From: Bacilli bacterium
Lineage (GTDB): Bacteria; Bacillota_I; Bacilli_A; RFN20; CAG-826
Length of the DNA: 64,000 nt
Reading direction: 5' to 3'
NCBI GenBank assembly: GCA_024408235.1
Contig: JAKSVF010000001.1
Span: forward strand, 29,417 to 93,416
Every line of letters begins with the position of its first letter. Within the stretch, counting starts at the first letter, position 1. The notes under the pieces were generated by a model that had not been told where the DNA came from, made no database searches, and saw only the letters and a program-made list of their open reading frames with translations. A program made the translations under genes and the position numbers. This document shows positions 1-8,588 of the stretch, piece by piece.

Positions 1-2
1 CC

Positions 3-3000
3 ATAGCCGACTCTGGAATGGATGCATTTAAGAACGCTAACAAGGATTACATCTACACAGCCAACAAAGATGAACTGAGATATGAAAATAGACAGCTCAT
101 CAGAATTCTTGAAGCTGCAGTCGATCCTGTCTATGGAGTCATCGCTAATGATGGTGCCGTTAAGGAAATCAAGATCTCAGACGTTGACGCTTACTACTTA
201 GTGAACCCTCTCCTCAAGTCATTGGCAGAATCTCACGTCTTTAACTCCTTGTCCGATAAGCAGATTGCGGAAGGTGTTAGTATGACCGCGTTGGAGAAAG
301 AATTCTCATCGCTTTTAGGTTCGGCTTCCCTCTTTGAAAGCAAGACGAATGCAGACAAAGCGGTTTTAAGCGTGACAAAAGGCGTTACATCGTTTGAACA
401 TCGTGCAAATCTTTGGGACGATGAGATTGATCAGGTCACCAATGTCCTTACATCAATCCAGGATTTAGACATCGATCTCAATAATTTCTCGTTCGACAGC
501 ATCTTCCCAGATGGCAAGGATGAAGCGAAGAGACAAAAGCTCGAGAATATGCTTTTGAGCATCAATAACTCTCAGATTCTCCACTCAGTTCTCCCATACC
601 AAATCAATAAATCTGTTGATACCTTGGCGGATAGCCTTGGTTCATCATTCACACTCACGAATGTTAACGCCTACTACACCGGATATGATTCTGATGGTTT
701 AGCAAATAGATATGATGATGCGGAAATCGTTAATTTCTCATATATCATCCAAGATGGCTTAACAATGGGCGAACTTGATATGTCTTCGATGCATGGCGAC
801 CAGATCGATACTGTCATGTCATTGTTGAAGAGAATCGCTTCGAGCAACGTTTTCAACACAATCAAGGAGCCTGCATCAACCTATGAGATGACCGCTTTCG
901 AAAGCTTGTATTATCAGGCTATCGAACAAGCTAATGTTTTCGATGACATCAATCAGTTAAAAGCGTCTATTTTCCACGTAACAAACGGAGCTAGAACTGA
1001 CTTATCCGTCCTTGGTTCGCGCGCAGCTTCTTGGGAAAATGAAATCGATACCCTTCACCAGGTCTTCCTCGACTTTGATGGCCTCGGATTCCAAATTGAT
1101 AATTTCGATTACAATTCTCTCGATGAGTCCAGGGATTCAGAGCTTGCTACATTACTTGATGATGTGGACAAATCAATCACAATGCATTCAATGCTTCCTT
1201 TGAAGATCGAGGCTGCAATTGATGAAGTCGATGATTCGCTAGGAGAAGGTGTTTCTCTTGGAGTTGCTAACACAAGATACAAAGGCACATCTATTTTATC
1301 TTATGGTGATGGTCTTACTGTTGAGGTTCCAAATGCTTATGACGATTACGATGAATGTGAACACATCGCCCGAATCGTAAATAGAGGCTTGCATATGGGC
1401 TCGGTGGATTTAAGCGCCGGATCAACGGATACCAAATTCATCGACTTACTTATTGAGATGGGTCACTCTAACGTATTCAACACCTTGCCTGATAATAATT
1501 ACGGAATTGACCTCACTTCATTAGAAACTGTTTTCTCAACATCGGTTAAAAAATCGGGTATCTATTCTGAGAAGGAAGCTCAGGCATCCGCTTTGCTCGT
1601 TACCAACAAATCCTCGGACCTCGCTTTGAGAGGTGATTTATGGGAAGAGGAACTCGCCTATGTCCGTGCAACAATCAATGCGTTATCGGAAATCGATTTA
1701 GATATCGAGCACTTTGATTTATCAGCTCTTTTCACAGGCGGTCCAGAAGATGAAACGACTAGACAGAAAATGGTCACCCTCCTTAATTCATTAAGCGATT
1801 CTAAGACACTTCATTCTGTTGCCCCTATTAAACTTAGAACAACAATTGACTCCTACAAGAGTTCTTTGGCCGCTGGTCAGGTTTCTTTTGACAACGCAAA
1901 CTACGATTACAACGGCAAAGTGATATATGAGTTCGATGATACCTCATTAGGAAATGTCACATTACCAAACGCCTACGGATACGACGAAAACGAGGCTTTG
2001 TCATACATCATCATGGAGTCTTCAAATCTTCCAGATCAGAATCTTGCTGATTTAACATCCATCGACAGAACTCCATATATATCCCTATTAAAGAGACTTT
2101 CAGCAAGCCACGTTTTCAATACGCTTGAAGAAGGACTTACGCATTCTCCAAATCTCCTAACAGCATTCGAAAACACATATGTAAGCATTCTTGATGAAGG
2201 CAACGTTTATGAGCATTATGCAGAGCAAGAGCTTGAAGTTGATAGAATTGCCACATTTGAAGCAACTAAGGGCGTCTCCAATTTCGACAATATAAAAGCG
2301 ATTTGGGATGATGAACTCGATTTAGTCGAACAGATCATCACCGATTATCAGACATGCGGATTTACAATGACATCCATCAACATTGCAAACCTCTTCCCGG
2401 CATCTGCAACAGAAGAAGAAGCGGAACTCAGCAGAATGAACTTACAGGAATTGATGGATGACGTAAACTCGTCACTCACCCTCCATTCAACCCTCCATCG
2501 CACGGTCAATGAAGCTATTGATAAAGTCAGTGACAAGATGGGTGGAGATTCGATGGACAACGCAAATGTCTACTTCACCGGTTACTCGGTACCTGATAAA
2601 AAGCTTGGTAACTACTACACCGACGAGGAAGTTGAGAAACTCTCCTATATTGTTAAAGGCTGCATGAGAATGCCTGATGTCGACAAGAGCGACATTGGCT
2701 CAATCGATGCATCTAAAGTTACGGATTTGCTTGCTCATTTAGCAACAAGCCAAGTATTCAACTCACTTAAGGATGGAGAGCCATTTACCGCATTTGATAA
2801 CGCCTATGCCACCCTCATGACAACGGATGGCTTAAACGATGTCTATTACCATGCTCCAAACCCGGTTGATAAAGACGCTATTTATTCAACTTCAGCCGAT
2901 AAGGCTAAGGTTGTTGCAAGGTCAACATGGACACCTCTTACTTTATCCATTGATATCGATACATATGATGTTTCAAATATCAACGGTAACACTGGTTCAT

Positions 3001-5114
3001 TGCAGTACGTCTTAGAGTACTTTGTTGATCCGTCTAACTCAGACGTCATGGATTCACTTAATGGCGAATTCTCGTCTTTAACTGGAGATAAGATCTATGA
3101 TTCACTTACTAGGTTGAACTCGTGCGAATTAACAAAGGACATGGTGCCTAACATCATCGATAAGACAATTAACGATCCATCTTTCTCCCTAGGCTCAATC
3201 AACATCAAGAGAGCAAATCCGTTCTATTGTTACAATGGATTATGGGGTAATAAGTATGATGACGATGAAATCGAATGCATCGCAAACATCATAACCGCTA
3301 ATAACAACATGAAGGATAGTGGTGGACATAGCATCTTCGCTAACCTCGGCTCGGCTACTATTACTCATTCAACGGTTGTCGAGTTAAAGAACTTGATGGA
3401 TGCAATGAACGAAAGCCAGGTATTCCATTTGTCAGGTGCTAGATCAGGCGCTGAATTCTTTGATTCAACAGTCGCTGCTTGGAAAGAGCCATTGACCGCA
3501 TTTGAACAGATCTTAGGAACTATCTATGAAGAGTCCAACCTCGCTTCTCTAGCATATAACTCAACTAGAGATGCATATGCTTCTTGGAGCGAGAAACTCT
3601 CTGCTCGAATGGGACACTTCCGCGATGGAAACCTCGAATCTCTCCACGGCGCAGTCGCCAATAGATATGAAATCGAAGTCGAAGCAATCTGCAACTTGAT
3701 TGATGTTGCTATCGACCTTGACCTATTGTCATCAGGTTTGAGCCTCGGTTCATTTGAACTCGGTTCATTCTCACCTGAACAAGTCAGATTCTTATCTAAC
3801 GCTCTCAACATCGTTGACATGGTTTCAGACGCTCTTCCAAATAAGATAGATTCATTCGTTAAGACAACAGGCGTTGATAAATACAATGCCGTTGATGTAA
3901 TGGGCGAAAAACTCGATATTGCCAATTACTTCCTCTCTCAAGAACAGATGAGGGATGGCGCTATCGATTCTATCTACACCTTCTCAAATTCAATTTACGA
4001 ACCGGCTGAATATGATACTTTAGGCAATAAGACCAAGGATGCTAAGTACACTACATTCACAGGTCCTGATGCAGTGAACATGTCTGAGTGGATTCTTGGC
4101 GAAGGAAAGTTCTCCTCAATATTGAAATTCATTGATGAGCCAAACGGTTTCTATGCGTCATCGCATTACACGGCTACCCCATTAGACGGTTCAAGCCTTG
4201 CCGCCATCAATGCTGCAACAGACACCTATGACTTCACAGCGAGAGATGCATTCTTCTATAACATCTCCTCATTCAGCGTTGCTGGAGAAGTTCTTAACCT
4301 CGGTTCATACCTCGGAGCGGGTGACTCGTTGCTACTTGATCTTAAGGGCTCTAGAGACGCGTTTGACCACGTCGAGAAAACTGACGCATCTTACTTAAGC
4401 GAAGAAATGTCCATCCACTCAACAATGATCGATCTTGGAACAATATACGTTGCCCTTAATGCATCGTCATCACTTGGAACTCTTCCAACTCACTTAGCTG
4501 AGTTTGAAATGTTAGCAAGCGACCTCGCATATTCAAGCGTTGAATCATTGTTCACATACTTCGGCACAAATAGCTCATCTCTATCCGGAAGATATGCTTC
4601 AGGACTTTTAGAAGAACCTGTTCATAAAGCTAACTCCTACATCAACGGCAACTCTTACTTCACCGCTCTGTTCGACGCTACAGGCCTCCCATACCCATCA
4701 AGCTATATGGATGGCGCCTCGGTTAGAACCCGTTCGTCCTACGATGAAGGATCTACATTAAGCACATACTCCATCTACTCAGATAACGGCTCGGATTTAA
4801 GAAGCGAAGATGTAAAGGATGCCTACATGAGCATGCTTAGAATCGTGAAGGAAATCGGCATTGGCGCATTAACGTCAAGCCACACAATTGATACCGTTTC
4901 CCTCAACTCTGCGTTCTCAACAATCGACTCCCTCGTATCAAATCCACGAGTCAGCGCATTAACAAAGTTATTCTATCTCTCATCCACATATGACTATCTC
5001 CTCAACAGAGGCGCATTCCACGGCGAAGTCCTCCCATTCCTGAGTGAGATTGATGTGCCAAATCCGTTCGATTCGGCCTTCACTTATAGTGGATTATCCT
5101 CATTCATCGCTTAA
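3..5114 (+). CDS. giant acidic modular repeat protein, C-terminal >=1698 aa (probably 5'-truncated by the window edge)
   Basis: The frame is open from nt 3 with no stop before the first ATG at 18, and no SD precedes that ATG. The stop is TAA at 5112-5114. The protein is D/E/S/T-rich and K/R-poor. It contains six divergent tandem modules (see repeat feature). I see no LPXTG, TM helix or known catalytic motif in the visible part. Confidence 0.85.
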   Translation: MADSGMDAFKNANKDYIYTANKDELRYENRQLIRILEAAVDPVYGVIANDGAVKEIKISDVDAYYLVNPLLKSLAESHVFNSLSDKQIAEGVSMTALEKEFSSLLGSASLFESKTNADKAVLSVTKGVTSFEHRANLWDDEIDQVTNVLTSIQDLDIDLNNFSFDSIFPDGKDEAKRQKLENMLLSINNSQILHSVLPYQINKSVDTLADSLGSSFTLTNVNAYYTGYDSDGLANRYDDAEIVNFSYIIQDGLTMGELDMSSMHGDQIDTVMSLLKRIASSNVFNTIKEPASTYEMTAFESLYYQAIEQANVFDDINQLKASIFHVTNGARTDLSVLGSRAASWENEIDTLHQVFLDFDGLGFQIDNFDYNSLDESRDSELATLLDDVDKSITMHSMLPLKIEAAIDEVDDSLGEGVSLGVANTRYKGTSILSYGDGLTVEVPNAYDDYDECEHIARIVNRGLHMGSVDLSAGSTDTKFIDLLIEMGHSNVFNTLPDNNYGIDLTSLETVFSTSVKKSGIYSEKEAQASALLVTNKSSDLALRGDLWEEELAYVRATINALSEIDLDIEHFDLSALFTGGPEDETTRQKMVTLLNSLSDSKTLHSVAPIKLRTTIDSYKSSLAAGQVSFDNANYDYNGKVIYEFDDTSLGNVTLPNAYGYDENEALSYIIMESSNLPDQNLADLTSIDRTPYISLLKRLSASHVFNTLEEGLTHSPNLLTAFENTYVSILDEGNVYEHYAEQELEVDRIATFEATKGVSNFDNIKAIWDDELDLVEQIITDYQTCGFTMTSINIANLFPASATEEEAELSRMNLQELMDDVNSSLTLHSTLHRTVNEAIDKVSDKMGGDSMDNANVYFTGYSVPDKKLGNYYTDEEVEKLSYIVKGCMRMPDVDKSDIGSIDASKVTDLLAHLATSQVFNSLKDGEPFTAFDNAYATLMTTDGLNDVYYHAPNPVDKDAIYSTSADKAKVVARSTWTPLTLSIDIDTYDVSNINGNTGSLQYVLEYFVDPSNSDVMDSLNGEFSSLTGDKIYDSLTRLNSCELTKDMVPNIIDKTINDPSFSLGSINIKRANPFYCYNGLWGNKYDDDEIECIANIITANNNMKDSGGHSIFANLGSATITHSTVVELKNLMDAMNESQVFHLSGARSGAEFFDSTVAAWKEPLTAFEQILGTIYEESNLASLAYNSTRDAYASWSEKLSARMGHFRDGNLESLHGAVANRYEIEVEAICNLIDVAIDLDLLSSGLSLGSFELGSFSPEQVRFLSNALNIVDMVSDALPNKIDSFVKTTGVDKYNAVDVMGEKLDIANYFLSQEQMRDGAIDSIYTFSNSIYEPAEYDTLGNKTKDAKYTTFTGPDAVNMSEWILGEGKFSSILKFIDEPNGFYASSHYTATPLDGSSLAAINAATDTYDFTARDAFFYNISSFSVAGEVLNLGSYLGAGDSLLLDLKGSRDAFDHVEKTDASYLSEEMSIHSTMIDLGTIYVALNASSSLGTLPTHLAEFEMLASDLAYSSVESLFTYFGTNSSSLSGRYASGLLEEPVHKANSYINGNSYFTALFDATGLPYPSSYMDGASVRTRSSYDEGSTLSTYSIYSDNGSDLRSEDVKDAYMSMLRIVKEIGIGALTSSHTIDTVSLNSAFSTIDSLVSNPRVSALTKLFYLSSTYDYLLNRGAFHGEVLPFLSEIDVPNPFDSAFTYSGLSSFIA
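18..3872 (+). repeat. six divergent tandem protein-level modules (~204-221 aa, ~610-665 nt period) inside the giant ORF
   Basis: The anchor motif LL+xxAxS[HNQ]VF[NH] recurs at nt 231, 843, 1467, 2106, 2748 and 3411 (aa 72, 276, 484, 697, 911, 1132). Each module also carries TAFE/TAFD, W[DE][DEN]E[IL]D, a DxxNF/HF stretch, [IT][LM]HSxxP...ID...SLG and N[AV]xxY..G..YDDxE. The repeats are visible at protein level only. The nucleotide copies are diverged. Confidence 0.8.
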
Positions 5115-5115
5115 T

Positions 5116-5727
5116 ATGACCCAATTACTACCATATCAGGAATACATAAGCGAAATTAAAATCCTAGGATCACGCTTTATCGCCGTATTGGAGCCGATTC
5201 TAGAGGAGAGTGAGATAGATGCTCATCTCGAACGTTTAAAGGCCTTATATCCAAAAGCAACGCATTATTGCTACGCTTCAAGATTCGGCCCAAGCGAAAG
5301 AATGAGCGATGATGGTGAACCATCACGAAGTGCCGGCATGCCACTTCTAACGATTCTCAGGCAACATGGCATCACTCAAGCCCTCATCCTCGTCATCAGA
5401 TATTTTGGTGGGACAAAGCTAGGATTGCCACGTCTCACTAGAACATATAGAGATGCGGCGGAGGATGTAATTGCAAACGCGAAGTTCGCAACCATCATCG
5501 AGGGTTCCACGCAAAACCTTACGATGAGCTATGCCAATTACGAGCATGTAAAGAAACTCGTGGCAAAAACTAACCTCGAGATGTACGGAGAAATATATTC
5601 CGAGGATGTGACCATTACCCTAAAAGGTGAGAATGAGTCGCTATTAAAATTCGTTTCTTCCCTTCCTTACGAGATCATCAGGGGAGAAATCCAGTCAGTC
5701 AAATTATTAAAGGAGGCAGAACAATGA
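5116..5727 (+). CDS. yigZ: YigZ/IMPACT (UPF0029) family protein
   Basis: Matches the family pattern SRFIAVLEP...HxCYA...DDGEPSRSAGMPLL...VIRYFGGTKLG..L. The ATG at 5116 lies 1 nt after the giant gene stop. The upstream 24 codons of the tracked ORF overlap that gene and are discounted. Confidence 0.8.
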   Translation: MTQLLPYQEYISEIKILGSRFIAVLEPILEESEIDAHLERLKALYPKATHYCYASRFGPSERMSDDGEPSRSAGMPLLTILRQHGITQALILVIRYFGGTKLGLPRLTRTYRDAAEDVIANAKFATIIEGSTQNLTMSYANYEHVKKLVAKTNLEMYGEIYSEDVTITLKGENESLLKFVSSLPYEIIRGEIQSVKLLKEAEQ

Positions 5728-7013
5728 TCCCTTCAAACGAATACGCAGCTAGAAGACAAAGAATTCTTTCCGTCATGGAAGAAGACAGCATCATGGTCCT
5801 TTTCTCAGGTGTTGAGAAGATGTCTAGCGCAGATGAAACATACCCATTTGAGGTTAACCGCAATTTCTATTACCTAACTGGTATCGACCAGCCAGACTCA
5901 AGTCTTATCTTGGTCAACACGGATGGCGAAATAAGAGAATTCTTATTCGTCTCGCCATTTGATCCTGTTAAGGAGAAATGGTATGGCAGGAGATTAACAC
6001 TCCAGGAAGCCGCAAAAATATCCGGAGTCTCAAATGCTCAGGTGAACACAATTGTCATGGATAAGGTTGCCGGTATTCTTGATCCAACTCTCGCTCAGTA
6101 TGGTGAAGTCAGCCATATTTATTTAGACCTCGAGCCTGAAATCAAGATTGCCGAAGAAACAACGACCAGAGATTATAGAGACACAATCAAACACACCTTC
6201 CCTAACGTTGAAGTGCTTGATGCATATCCATTGATAACCACTCTCAGATTAAGAAAATCCAACAAGGAAATCGAAGAATTGAGAAGCGCTATCCGCACAA
6301 CAAAACTCGGCGTTTATTCCGTCATGAACGCAATGAAGGAAGGCAAGAGAGAATTTGAGATGGCAGACTTGTTCCTCCACACAGTAAATGACGACAACTG
6401 CTATCAGGGCCTCGCTTTCCCAACCATCATGGCTGCAGGCAAAAACGCTACATGCTTACACTATAGAACCCTCCAGGGAGTTATGCATGATGGCGATCTT
6501 CTCCTTATGGATTTAGGAGCTAGAAACGGTTACTACTGTGCTGATGTTTCTCGTACAGTCCCAGTATCTGGCAAATTCACCAAAGAGCAGAAAGAGATTT
6601 ACAACATCGTCTTAGGCGCTAATAAAATGGTCGCTAAGATGCTTAAGCCTGGAGTGACAATCGAAGAGCTTCAACAGGCGACAATCATGTACTTGGCTGA
6701 TGAGTGCTTGGCAAAAGGCTACATCAAGAAGAAAGAGGACATCATGGAATACTATTACCACGGTGTTTCCCATTTGATCGGTCTTGATACGCATGACGCT
6801 TACTTCGCTCCTAATTCAAGGGAATCGAAGAAATTGAAACTAGAGCCTGGAATGATCATCTCCAATGAGCCTGGCTTATATATGGCCGATAGAGGAATTG
6901 GCATCCGCATCGAAGATGACTTACTCGTCACCGAAGAAGGCTGTGAAGTTTTAACTGCTGAAATCATCAAAGAAGCCGATGACATCGAAGCGTATTTAGC
7001 CACAAAAAGATAA
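5724..7013 (+). CDS. Xaa-Pro aminopeptidase (M24B family)
   Basis: Shows M24 metal-ligand motifs DLGARNGYYCADVSRT, HGVSHLIGLDTHD, SNEPGLY and IRIEDD. An AAAGGAGG SD precedes the start. The start overlaps the yigZ stop in an ATGA junction. Confidence 0.85.
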   Translation: MIPSNEYAARRQRILSVMEEDSIMVLFSGVEKMSSADETYPFEVNRNFYYLTGIDQPDSSLILVNTDGEIREFLFVSPFDPVKEKWYGRRLTLQEAAKISGVSNAQVNTIVMDKVAGILDPTLAQYGEVSHIYLDLEPEIKIAEETTTRDYRDTIKHTFPNVEVLDAYPLITTLRLRKSNKEIEELRSAIRTTKLGVYSVMNAMKEGKREFEMADLFLHTVNDDNCYQGLAFPTIMAAGKNATCLHYRTLQGVMHDGDLLLMDLGARNGYYCADVSRTVPVSGKFTKEQKEIYNIVLGANKMVAKMLKPGVTIEELQQATIMYLADECLAKGYIKKKEDIMEYYYHGVSHLIGLDTHDAYFAPNSRESKKLKLEPGMIISNEPGLYMADRGIGIRIEDDLLVTEEGCEVLTAEIIKEADDIEAYLATKR

Positions 7014-7022
7014 TTAGAGACG

Positions 7023-7050
7023 AAGCTCACAATAATGTGGGCTTTTTCTT
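7023..7050 (+). terminator. rho-independent terminator after the aminopeptidase gene
   Basis: The stem AAGCTCAC/GTGGGCTT has 8 bp including one G-U pair. The loop is AATAAT and a TTTTTCTTTTT run follows. Confidence 0.65.
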
Positions 7051-7078
7051 TTTCTCATAGAGTTTATAATAAACTCAT

Positions 7079-8560
7079 ATGAAGAAATATATCTTGGCTG
7101 TAGACCAGGGCACCACATCGACACGTGCCATTTTAATTAACAAAAAGGGCGAGGAAGTATACAAAGCTCAGCGTCCTGTCGATTGCTATTTCCCAAAAGC
7201 GGGATGGGTTGAACAAAGCGCGGACAACATCTGGGTTTCGGTAGTTGATGTCATCAACGAGCTCATGATTGTGAGCAGCGCTAAATGGGAGGAGATTGCC
7301 GGCATTGGTATAACCAATCAGCGTGAGACTACCATCGTGTGGGACAAGTCAACCGGAAGAGCTATCCACAACGCCATCGTTTGGCAATCAAAGCAAACAC
7401 AGAAAATCTGTGACCGTTATGAGAAAAAGAAGACGTTTATAGCTGATAGGACAGGCCTTAGGTTAAACCCATATTTCTCCGCGTCTAAAATCAGATTCAT
7501 TCTTGAAGCCGTACCAGGCGCTGAGGAGAAAGCCAAGAAAGGCGAGCTGATGTTCGGAACAATCGAGACATGGCTTATCTACAAGATGACTAACGGGGCA
7601 GTTCATGCAACTGATGTATCTAATGCCTCGCGTACTGCGATATTTAATATATATGATATGAAATGGGATGAGGAACTTTGCAAGCTCTGGAAGGTCCCAA
7701 CCTCTATGTTGCCTGAAGTAAAAGATTCTTCCTGTGACTTTGGCGAAGCTTCATTCTTCCCTGGCCACGTCCATATCTATGGCGTTGCAGGAGACCAGCA
7801 GTCTGCCTTATTTGGCCAATGCTGTTTTAAAGAAGGCGAATCAAAAAACACATATGGAACCGGTTGCTTCATGCTCATGAATACCGGCGAGAATCCAATC
7901 AAAACCAAATCCGGCTTATTAACTACAGTCGCTTGGCGAATCAACGGCAAGACAACTTACGCCCTAGAAGGTTCAGTCTTCATTGGCGGTGCTGTAGTTC
8001 AGTGGGTCCGTGATCAGACTAGATGGATTGAAGACTCAAGAGATTCTGAGTACTATGCATCAAAAGTGAAAGACACGGCGGGAGTGTACTTTGTACCTGC
8101 TTTCGTTGGATTAGGAACCCCATATTGGGATGATGATGCTAGAGGCGCAATATTCGGTCTTACAAGAGGCGCTGATAGACATCACATCACTAGAGCGGCC
8201 ATCTATTCAATTGCTTATCAATCCAAAGATGTAATTGATACCATGAGGAAAGACGCCAACCTAGATCTCCCTGTTCTGAAAGTTGATGGCGGCGCATCTG
8301 CAAACGCAATGCTTATGCAGTTCCAATCAGATATTCTTCAGTGTGAGGTCCGAATCCCTAAGAACGTTGAAACAACGGCCTTAGGCGCCGGTTACTTAGC
8401 TGGTCTTGCCTGCGGATTCTGGAAAGACTTAGCAGAAATTGAGAAGAACGTGGGTATCCAAAGACGTTTCTTCCCGACAATGGATCCAACTGAGGCTGAT
8501 AAACTTTGTCGCGGATGGGCGAAAGCCGTTATTGCTACGCGTGCATTCAAGACCGAGTAA
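7079..8560 (+). CDS. glpK: glycerol kinase
   Basis: The N-terminus is MKKYILAVDQGTTSTRA. FGGY-family motifs are present throughout (GITNQRETT, YGTGCF, DGGAS). The length is 493 aa. Confidence 0.95.
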   Translation: MKKYILAVDQGTTSTRAILINKKGEEVYKAQRPVDCYFPKAGWVEQSADNIWVSVVDVINELMIVSSAKWEEIAGIGITNQRETTIVWDKSTGRAIHNAIVWQSKQTQKICDRYEKKKTFIADRTGLRLNPYFSASKIRFILEAVPGAEEKAKKGELMFGTIETWLIYKMTNGAVHATDVSNASRTAIFNIYDMKWDEELCKLWKVPTSMLPEVKDSSCDFGEASFFPGHVHIYGVAGDQQSALFGQCCFKEGESKNTYGTGCFMLMNTGENPIKTKSGLLTTVAWRINGKTTYALEGSVFIGGAVVQWVRDQTRWIEDSRDSEYYASKVKDTAGVYFVPAFVGLGTPYWDDDARGAIFGLTRGADRHHITRAAIYSIAYQSKDVIDTMRKDANLDLPVLKVDGGASANAMLMQFQSDILQCEVRIPKNVETTALGAGYLAGLACGFWKDLAEIEKNVGIQRRFFPTMDPTEADKLCRGWAKAVIATRAFKTE

Positions 8561-8588
8561 TATTAGAATCACCCTATAGTGTAGGTGT

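Noticed and set aside
3524-3925. 133-aa minus-strand ORF, plus other 60-130-aa antisense or alternate-frame ORFs (e.g. 23128-23520, 38991-39353, 44833-45243, 22417-22788, 17355-21684 series)
   Set aside because: All are nested inside well-supported genes (the giant repeat protein, atpD, glgC/glgD, gdhA, atpG and others). They have no start signals and biased mirror-frame composition. I treat them as spurious.
5044-5115. N-terminal 24-codon extension of the YigZ ORF
   Set aside because: It overlaps the 3' end of the giant gene. The YigZ family alignment begins near MTQLLPYQEY, so the ATG at 5116 is preferred.
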